44,208 nt of DNA from contig JAPSGB010000038.1 of the NCBI GenBank assembly GCA_035063585.1, positions 1 through 44,208 on the forward strand, in the 5' to 3' direction. The notes under the pieces were generated by a model. The model did not search any database, had not been told where the DNA came from, and saw nothing but the letters and a program-made list of their open reading frames with translations. This DNA comes from Polyangiaceae bacterium (GTDB lineage Bacteria; Myxococcota_A; Polyangia; Polyangiales; Polyangiaceae). The position numbers and the translations under genes were made by a program. This document shows, piece by piece, positions 37,794-44,208 of the stretch (its first letter is position 1; each line of letters begins with the position of its first letter).

Positions 37794-39055
37794 CGATTCG
37801 GCGCTCCCATCGAGTTCGGCTCGCGCCCGAGCGCGCGGGCCAATTTCACGTCGGCGCGCCGCACGTCGGCGGCCGCCTCCGCCCAGCGTTCCTCGGCGTC
37901 GAGCAGCGCCCGTCGCGCGCCCAGCACCGTCGAGAGCTCGCCGCTGCCCGCTTCGTACTGGCGCTCGCTCACGCGCAGGGCCTCGCGCGCCGGGGTGATC
38001 GCTCCGCTCAGCAGCGCCTCGCGGAGCTCGCGGGCGTGCTCGCGCTCGTGCAACGCCATCTGGATTTCACCGCCCAGGCGCGCTTCGAGGCGGCGCGCGT
38101 CGGCCTCGGCGACGCCGGCTTCGGAGCGCGCGCGCGAGGCCTCGAGCGCAGCCGGGTTCACCAGCGGCAGCGGTACGGCGATGCGGCCTTGGACGAGCCA
38201 GTCGCCGGTGCCTTCGCGGGTGACCACGGGCCCGACCGACAGGTACGGCTTGCCGCCCGCACGCGCCACGTCGGAGGTGCGAAGCTCGCGCGTCGCGGTC
38301 GCGCGTGCAAGCTCCACGTCGGGGTGGACGGCGCCCGCCCGGGACAGCAGCCGGCGCGCGTCGAGCGGCGGGTCGCGGGTGTCGAGCGGCCCGGCGAGCT
38401 CGAGCGGTTGCGCCGGCGCAAGCCCGGTCACGTAGCGCAGCGCGGCGTCGGCGACGACGCGGCGGCCTTCGGCGTCGAGCGCCTCCGCGCGAGCCGAGCC
38501 GAGCACCGCTCGCGCGAGCGCTTCCTCGCCGGGCGAGGCGCTGCCGGCGCCGACGCGGGCCGCGGCCAGCTGCACCAATGACGCGGCGTCCTTCAGCGAC
38601 TCGTCGCGAATGTGCACGATCTCGCGCGCCAATCGCGCGTCGATCCACGCGAGCGCCGCCCGGGCGGCCACGTCGCGCTCTGCCACCGCTAGCCCAGCGT
38701 GCGCCTCGCGCCCGAGCGCCCGCGCGAGGTCGCGACGCGCGCCGGCGTAGCCGCCGAGGGAGAGATCCACCCACAGCGCAGCCGTCGCGTCGACGCTGTG
38801 GCGCTGTACGTCGTTCCGCCAGCGCGGTCCCGCCTGGACCTCGAGCCGCGGCGGCGTCGGCAGCAGGGTGTTCACCGCGCGCGCCACTTCGCGGGCACCG
38901 CCGACGGCCGCGCGACCTGGACCGAGCTCCGGCGAGCGCTGGAGCGCGAGCCGCACGGCGCCCATCATGTCGACGCGCGCGGTCCGGCCTTCGCCGCGCG
39001 CGGGCGGCGCGACGAGCACCAGTGCCACGAGCACGGCCGCCACGATCGCTCGCAC
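37790..39055 (-). CDS. czcC: TolC-family outer membrane efflux protein (CzcC-like)
   Basis: Signal peptide, AVRLALQRSPEL, HPDV, VPLPLVN, YEAGSGEL..VL.A; first gene of the CBA operon. Confidence 0.85.
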   Translation of the reverse strand: MRAIVAAVLVALVLVAPPARGEGRTARVDMMGAVRLALQRSPELGPGRAAVGGAREVARAVNTLLPTPPRLEVQAGPRWRNDVQRHSVDATAALWVDLSLGGYAGARRDLARALGREAHAGLAVAERDVAARAALAWIDARLAREIVHIRDESLKDAASLVQLAAARVGAGSASPGEEALARAVLGSARAEALDAEGRRVVADAALRYVTGLAPAQPLELAGPLDTRDPPLDARRLLSRAGAVHPDVELARATATRELRTSDVARAGGKPYLSVGPVVTREGTGDWLVQGRIAVPLPLVNPAALEASRARSEAGVAEADARRLEARLGGEIQMALHEREHARELREALLSGAITPAREALRVSERQYEAGSGELSTVLGARRALLDAEERWAEAAADVRRADVKLARALGREPNSMGAPNR

Positions 39056-39299
39056 GACGGTCCACTAGCAAACCGTGTGCCGCCCGATGAGACGGCGTTC
39101 ATACGCGGGTATGCCGCTGCCATCCAGGCCTTGGATTGCAGTTGCGAGGCGTGGTTGCCCGCCGAACTTTCGCCGGTCGGATCGCCCCGCGCAGGATTTT
39201 CGGGGGCGTCCGGGAGCCGGGGGTGCCGGCCCGGCGCGGGAGCGCGCGAGGGCCCTCGCGGCGATCGCAGCGCGCGACCGGTCCACGATGTTTGTCCGA

Positions 39300-39625
39300 G
39301 CAGGAGCGCCGCGAGAATCCGGAACTTCGTCGAGTCGCAGAGCGGCGATGCGTGGCTCACTACGAACCATCACGGTGTCGACTTGCGGCGCGCTCGTCAC
39401 CCCACGCCGCGTCACCGCCATCGACAGCCGGGTCGTGGACGGTCAGCTCCCCGACCAGCCGTTCGAGGCCGGACTCGTCCAGGTCGAAGACGTGGCCCGG
39501 GCGGAGGCTACCGCATCGTCGCGGCGCGCGACGGCGGCGTCTTCGGCCTCGCGGGCCGCGCAAGCGAAGGCGACGGACAGCTCGTCCTTTGCGGCTGGCA
39601 CGCTGGGGCGGTATCCAGACTTGGT
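39300..39625 (+). pseudogene. Frameshifted remnant of a beta-propeller-like protein
   Basis: Protein-like pieces in shifting frames: IRNFVESQSGDAWLTTN, PDQPFEAGLVQVEDVA, PGGGYRIVAARDGGVFGL. Confidence 0.3.
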
Positions 39626-39717
39626 GATCACTCCGCGATTCCGCGCCGCTCCGACACGGGGCAGGCGCTGCCGTGGCCGTGGCCGCTGGCTCCCGCGCGT
39701 CACGGAGCATCGCAGTG

Positions 39718-40431
39718 TCAAGTCTCGCCGAGCAGGGTCTCTATCGTCACACGCAGACGCTCCGCGTCGGCTGCTCTGACGGCAAGTCCCCGAGCGCAGC
39801 GCTCGCGGCGCTTGGCGTCGCCGAGGTACGCCGAGGCAGCTTTTCGGAGCGCGTCGCGCGGTGCGGTCTTGTACGCGGACTCCGCCGCGCGCCACGCCTC
39901 GTCCGGAATGCGGCCGGGAGCCCGGCTTAGGGCAGCGAGATCGATCAAGTCACGGCTCAGCGAGTCCGTGTCGGCCCAACGGTCGCAGTTGGCCGACAGC
40001 TGCTCGGCGTAGCAGTCATTGATTGACAGGCCCGCGACGTGGGTCCAGGCCAACTCTACCGGCTGAGAAAGCTCGAGCCGGGCCTCGCGCTCCAGCTCGA
40101 CCCGAATCGTCTGCTCGTCGACGATCGCTGGAAAGCGAACGCCGTATTGGTCAGCGCGGATCTCTCGCGGCAGCTCGACGTCGCCGGTTGCCGGACACAG
40201 CGCGCCGTAACCATCCCGTCCGACCGCCACGCGCAGATCTGCATACGCCGAAGCGTCGGAGCACAGGAAATCGATGTCGCGCGACTCCCGGTACTCGCCG
40301 AGGTCCATGGCGATTCGGGTTCCGCCACCGAACCGGCAAGAGAACCGCGCCGGTGCAGCGGCGTCCAGCGCCGCGAGGACACGCTGGATCCTGCGATGCG
40401 ACTCGCGTTCAAATGTCGAGCGTGCTGCCAT
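39718..40431 (-). CDS. Nucleotidyltransferase, AbiEii/AbiGii toxin family
   Basis: FERESHRRI, FGGGTRIAM...EYRESRDIDF, IRADQYG, SRDLIDLA. Start placed at ATG 40431, overlapping the partner gene. Confidence 0.85.
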   Translation of the reverse strand: MAARSTFERESHRRIQRVLAALDAAAPARFSCRFGGGTRIAMDLGEYRESRDIDFLCSDASAYADLRVAVGRDGYGALCPATGDVELPREIRADQYGVRFPAIVDEQTIRVELEREARLELSQPVELAWTHVAGLSINDCYAEQLSANCDRWADTDSLSRDLIDLAALSRAPGRIPDEAWRAAESAYKTAPRDALRKAASAYLGDAKRRERCARGLAVRAADAERLRVTIETLLGET

Positions 40432-40639
40432 AGCGGTGGGCGAGCGCGCGAATGAATACGAGCTCCTCCGGCGAGGGGTCGGCAACCACGCCCTTGTCGC
40501 GCCGCCCCGCCTCGTAGCGCCGCAGCATGTCCATCGGCGCGAGGCCACGCCACTCCAGGTCGAACCACGACAACGCTTCGAGCAGCGGCAAGTGCTCCGG
40601 CACTCTCAAGCCCTCGGCGGGCGCTGCGTCGGGTTGCAT
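40409..40639 (-). CDS. Small putative antitoxin partner of the AbiEii-type toxin
   Basis: 76 aa overlapping the toxin 5' end. LP.L..L.W...L.P...L..YE.G.R......P.EL..IRAL..RYG resembles partners I recall for this toxin subfamily. TAATCT box 9 nt upstream. Confidence 0.6.
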   Translation of the reverse strand: MQPDAAPAEGLRVPEHLPLLEALSWFDLEWRGLAPMDMLRRYEAGRRDKGVVADPSPEELVFIRALAHRYGSTLDI

Positions 40640-40885
40640 CGAAGGTGAAGATTACCACGCCCATGCTCGGCGTTCGACGAGGCCACCGTAGCCAACCCTG
40701 GATAGCGGCGGCGACCAACGCTGGGCCGGCATCCGTCGCGTCCAAACATCGCTCTCGCGCCGGCGCGCGCCTGCCGTTCCCGAATCTCGCCCAGCGGCTG
40801 CGGTCAGGTTCCGCGCCTGCACACGGTCCTTCGCGCTCTCCGCGGGCTCGACGACGCCTTCGGCCATCGACTCCGGTGATGCGCT

Positions 40886-41092
40886 TCAGCGCGGCGGGCG
40901 CCGTTGCCACGGCGCTACGAGGCGGGGTGCGCGACAACAGCGCAGTTGCCGTCGCTCTCCGTAGTTCATGGCCCAGGACTCGCCGAGGATGGCGGCGGCC
41001 GGTTTGGGCTGCAGGCGGTCGACCTCCAGCTTCGCGAGGATGTTCTTCGCCTTCCCCGGCGCGAGCAGGATGATCTTGCCGCCCGTGGGCAT
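40886..41092 (-). pseudogene. Probable internal fragment of an unidentified gene
   Basis: The first ~47 codons (GGKIILLAPGKAKNILAKLEVDRL...) have strong G/C3 bias and protein-like composition, then the sequence degrades. Confidence 0.35.
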
Positions 41093-41122
41093 GGGGGCCC
41101 ACGCCGCGCCGCCGCCCGCTCG

Positions 41123-41982
41123 TCACGACGCCGAGCGCGCACACCGCAACCCGAGCCCCGGTCGGCGCGTGGTGCGCGGGGCCTCGTCGCGCCTCGCCGC
41201 GCGCACGTCCATCGGCATGAGGAAGCCGTATCCGGAACCGCGCATCGACCTCGGCGCCGCGTCGTCCGCGCTGGCGCACGGGTTCACGGCCGCCGCATCG
41301 TACGGGACGCGATACACGTTGCACGTCCACTCCTGCACGTTGCCGGCGAGGTCGCCGGCGCCGCTCGCGGCGTCGCCGGCGGGGTACGTGCCCACTGCGC
41401 AGGTGTGACGGCGGCTGGTCTTGCTCCAGCAGAGCTGGCGCGCGGGCGCCGCCGAGCCCCAGGGGTAGCGCCGCTGCTCGGCGCCGTTCGCCGCGGCGTA
41501 CTCCCACTCTGCCTCGGTCGGCAGCCGCTTACCTGCCCAGCGGCAGAACGCCGTGGCCTGCGCCCAGTCGACGCAGTTGACGGGGTGTTGCTCGCGCTCC
41601 GCCTGGCCAAAGTTGCAGTCGCTGCCCTGGTCGGGCCGCGTGCAGGCGCCGGCGCGCTCGCACTCGGCGTAAGCTGCCACCGTGACCTCGGTCCGGTCGA
41701 GCCAGAACGCCGCCAGCTCCACCGTCGGACCCCCGCGCTCGTCGGCATAGCCGACGGTCGATCCCATCGTGATCGAACCGGCTGGGAGCTTCACCATCGC
41801 GCCGCCCCGCCGTCCGCGCGCGCCGCCCCGCCGTCCGCGCGCGCCGCCCCGCCGTCCGCGCGCGCGGACGGCGACCCCTGCTTCGTCGCGGGCTCTTCCG
41901 CGCCTCTGCACCCGAGTACGCCGAGCGCCGCGACGAGAGCGAGCGTCGCTCCTGATGCGTCGCCCAGGGCCCTCCGCATCAC
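41123..41982 (-). pseudogene. FGE-sulfatase (SUMF1/EgtB/PvdO, C-type lectin fold) domain lipoprotein, frameshifted
   Basis: The domain ORF 41123..41797 is intact (MVKLPAGSITMG, WLDRTEVT, HPVNCVDW, RLPTEAEWEYAA, DLAGNVQEW, GLRCAR). The signal/lipobox (VLGC) and linker lie in another frame (41791..41982). Confidence 0.8.
41798..41873. repeat. 21-bp tandem repeat x3 merging into a perfect 24-bp palindrome
   Basis: cgcgccgccccgccgtccgcg at 41798, 41819 and 41840. cgccgtccgcgcgcgcggacggcg (41850-41873) is its own reverse complement. Confidence 0.9.
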
Positions 41983-42151
41983 TGGCCTTGCCGGCCCGCC
42001 GCGTCGCCAGTCGCCTTCTGCGCGGCGCTGGTAGGAACGCCTTCTTCACGACCAGGAACTCGGGTGGGTTTGGGCACGTTAGAAGACCCCGTCTACACCA
42101 TTTCGCACAGAGAACCCGGCAGAACTTGTCTCACGTGACGCTGGCACAGAG

Positions 42152-42223
42152 GGGACGACAACGGCGGCATCCGGAGCCGCCCCAAGCCTTCCGCGCCGTG
42201 AACGCGCCGGCGGGCTCGCGCCC
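42152..42223 (+). repeat. 72-bp imperfect direct repeat, right copy
   Basis: Encodes DDNGGIRSRPKPSAP-stop, versus DNNGGIRSVPKPSAP-stop in the left copy. Confidence 0.85.
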
Positions 42224-42410
42224 TGCTTCGGCATCTACGCGCCCTCGCGCTACGACGGCGAGGGCGCGAAGCAAGATGCGAACAGGCTGCGCGCTCTGAT
42301 CGACGCGCTCTGCGAGCGCGCGCCCGAGAAGTTCGCACGCGCCGGCAGCCCGGAGGAGGTCCGGAAGAACGTCGCGGCCGGCGAGATGTCGCCCCTCTCG
42401 CTCGGCCTGG
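42188..42410 (+). pseudogene. Fragment of a membrane dipeptidase (peptidase M19) gene
   Basis: LPRRERAGGLAPCFGIYAPSRYDGEGAK...LIDALCERAPEKFARAGSPEEVRKNVAAGEMS resembles the M19 segment PR..AGGL...F.SIY....P.KF..A.SP.EV......G..SL. Confidence 0.55.
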
Positions 42411-42545
42411 TCGGCTTCGCCCACGAGGCGGACTCGCTCCGCTGGTGCCTCACGATCATCTCGCGCAACCGGCCTTGCGCCAGGCAGATCGTCGAAGCCT
42501 ACCGTTTGCGCTCGCACGATGCCGGGTCCCGGTGATCACGATGCT

Positions 42546-42582
42546 CCGATCCCGGCGAGCGCGATCGGCCGAAGCGCGCACT
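42546..42582 (+). repeat. 37-bp perfect direct repeat, right copy
   Basis: Identical to 33090-33126; ends 24 nt before the stop of the convergent gene at 42607. Confidence 0.92.
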
Positions 42583-42606
42583 CGGGCGCTTCGGCGTCCA
42601 GCGAGT

Positions 42607-43443
42607 TCAGGGCTTCACGAGCTGGCCCCGCTCGTCGTAACAGTCGAAGCCGCCGGGGAGGTGGCTGGAGAGCCAGAGACAATTTTCGGTGCCGATGCAC
42701 CTGCCATACTGCGACGCGACCGGCCAATCGGCGGCGCCGACGTGGAAGAAGCCGCAATAGACCCCCATCCACGCGCAGGGCTCTGTGTAGGCGGCGCCGT
42801 GCAAGGCGCAGCGTCCGTTGAAACCAATGCTCAATCCGATGGGATGGTCGGGCGATCGGCCAAGGCAATCGGCCCCGTCGGCGGGAACCGCGCAAGCCGG
42901 ACCGCACAGGTAGTCGTCCAGCGTCGCGGGCACTGAAGGACAGGTGCTCGCCGTCGCCAGCGGCCGGCCGTCGTAGGCGGACAGATCCGCGTAACGACAG
43001 ACCCCGCGCACCCCGAGGCGCCAGAGCCCCGCGCACACGCTCTCCGGCACGCAGTAGAGCTCGCCCTGCCGGCGCTCCAGGCAGACCTCGCCGTCAACGC
43101 AGGCGTCACAGGCGCGGCTGGCGTTGTCCGCGAGATCGGAGAGGCACGCGCCCCCCTCGGGAGGCCCGCCGAGGAGCCGGTCGTAGGGGCGGGTGCAGCC
43201 GCCGCCCGGGCAGGCGTCGGGCGGGACCCAGGCGCACTGGCTGGCCGTGCCGCCGCACAGGCGCACGCCCTCCGGCGTCGCGCAGGGCTGCCCTCCGGAG
43301 CCCACGCCGCCGGCGCCCCCGCTGCTCGCGCCGCCTCCCGCGCTCCCGCCCGCGCCCTCGATCACCGTGCGCCCCGAGCAGGCCGCCGCGGCGAGCGCCG
43401 CGGCCAGCGACAGCGCCGCGAGGGCGCGCCGCGCTACTCGCAC
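42607..43443 (-). CDS. Cys-rich lipoprotein (paralog B)
   Basis: GTG 43443 with upstream GGAGG, lipobox AAAC, Gly-rich linker and about 20 Cys. Confidence 0.8.
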   Translation of the reverse strand: MRVARRALAALSLAAALAAAACSGRTVIEGAGGSAGGGASSGGAGGVGSGGQPCATPEGVRLCGGTASQCAWVPPDACPGGGCTRPYDRLLGGPPEGGACLSDLADNASRACDACVDGEVCLERRQGELYCVPESVCAGLWRLGVRGVCRYADLSAYDGRPLATASTCPSVPATLDDYLCGPACAVPADGADCLGRSPDHPIGLSIGFNGRCALHGAAYTEPCAWMGVYCGFFHVGAADWPVASQYGRCIGTENCLWLSSHLPGGFDCYDERGQLVKP

Positions 43444-44208
43444 CGCCCGCCTCCAGGCAGGTGCGCCGCGCTGGCCTGGCACACGGCCAGCGGAAGGCAG
43501 AAGCCGGCCGAGTCCGCGACCTGCTGGTGCTCCGGCTCCACCGTGAACACGAAGCAGCGCTCGCCCTTCTCGCAGGGCCAGTCGTTCGTGGTCGAGCAAA
43601 CGTGACCCTCGCGAACGCAGAGGCCGTAGGGGTGGAGCGGCGAGCGGCCGGTGCAGAGCTGCCCGACCGGACAGCCGCCGCAATAGCCGCCGCAGGGGTG
43701 CACGTCCGGGATCTCCGGGCAGGTGGTCGGCATCGGGAGGGGCTCTCCCGTCCACACTCCGCGATCGGCGTACCCCAAGCGGGCGGACTGCCCATGAGCC
43801 GCGATCATCACGCCCGCGCTGTAGGGCAAGTAGTTCCAGGCTTTAGTGAAGTCAGGTTCCTGAGACAGCAAAATCAAGCCGTCAGGTGGAGAGAGGCCGA
43901 ATGAATAATCGTCGTACGTCTCGAAACAGGGCGAAACTAGCGCCTCGTCGCTGATTTCCACGTCGCAAAAGCTGCACCCCGGCCGGGGCGCGGGGCAATC
44001 CGGGGGGCCGCAGCCCTCCCAGTCCGGGGTCGAGCAGGGGGTCTGGGGGACGAAGCCGCCGTCGGGCGCCGCGCCCGCCGCGCCGGACGCACCGCCCCCG
44101 CCCCCGCTCGCGCCGGCGCCCGCGGAGGCCCCATGACCACCGGCGCCGCCCGCGCCGCCGCTCGCCGGCACCACCACCTGGCCACCGCAGGCGCCGAGCG
44201 TGAGCGCG
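43434..44208 (-). CDS. Cys-rich lipoprotein (paralog A), 5' end outside the window
   Basis: The frame is open to the window edge with ALTLGAC lipobox and Gly-rich linker; shares motifs with paralog B. Confidence 0.8.
   Translation of the reverse strand, partial: ALTLGACGGQVVVPASGGAGGAGGHGASAGAGASGGGGGASGAAGAAPDGGFVPQTPCSTPDWEGCGPPDCPAPRPGCSFCDVEISDEALVSPCFETYDDYSFGLSPPDGLILLSQEPDFTKAWNYLPYSAGVMIAAHGQSARLGYADRGVWTGEPLPMPTTCPEIPDVHPCGGYCGGCPVGQLCTGRSPLHPYGLCVREGHVCSTTNDWPCEKGERCFVFTVEPEHQQVADSAGFCLPLAVCQASAAHLPGGGRCE

Larger units (their letters stand above)
33090..42582. mobile_element. Direct-repeat-flanked genomic island (~9.5 kb), no mobility gene visible
   Basis: Flanking 37-bp direct repeat, accessory cargo (metal efflux, TA pair) and several gene remnants. 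Confidence 0.55.

Noticed and set aside
38965..39360. Upstream arrest-peptide (RAPP/RGPP-type) leader for czcC
   Set aside because: The minus-strand ORF contains RGPSRAPAP mid-sequence, not a terminal RAPP/RGPP, and has no His/Cys-rich metal motif.
41123..41400. FGE/C-type-lectin domain as a diversity-generating retroelement target
   Set aside because: I found no second copy (template repeat) of its 3' region and no reverse transcriptase in the window.
41123..41797. FGE-domain protein as the activator of the three sulfatase-like genes
   Set aside because: It lacks the catalytic Cys pair of true formylglycine-generating enzymes, and the sulfatase-like proteins lack the CxPxR substrate motif.
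41798..41860. 21-bp repeat as a simple on/off phase-variation switch
   Set aside because: The unit length is a multiple of three, so gaining or losing whole units cannot change frame.

Overview
Very GC-rich bacterial DNA whose gene content points to a myxobacterium, most likely Polyangiaceae/Sorangiineae-like (inference from many Cys-rich lipoproteins with GGSAG linkers, an IgGFc-binding protein, a clostripain fusion and a MYXO-CTERM-like remnant). Positions 1-33,050 are mostly ordinary chromosome: L,D-transpeptidase, two tandem paralogous sulfatase-family lipoproteins, beta-CASP MBL hydrolase, PaaI thioesterase, a GldA/F/G-like ABC operon with a DUF4340-type protein, queG, a membrane sulfatase, an OmpA-like lipoprotein, gamma-glutamylcyclotransferase, aldehyde dehydrogenase, a clostripain operon, an ICL/PEP-mutase-family protein, a GMC oxidoreductase with a small partner, and an orphan, apparently inactive Cas3 HD domain. 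Positions ~33,090-42,582 form a ~9.5 kb island bounded by a perfect 37-bp direct repeat, with a second, degenerate 72-bp duplication nearby. It carries czcCBA-type metal efflux genes, an AbiEii-type toxin with a small partner, a frameshifted FGE-domain lipoprotein and several gene scraps. The window ends in two paralogous Cys-rich lipoproteins with patchy codon usage. The most interesting non-coding signals are a candidate sigma54-driven ~60-nt sRNA with a C-rich loop (1872-1930), a dispersed CGGTCCGGCGCG REP-like motif concentrated at gene 3' ends, and a recurring leaderless-promoter pattern. No tRNA, rRNA, CRISPR array, integrase, transposase or reverse transcriptase was seen. All family calls are from motif recognition by eye, not database searches.
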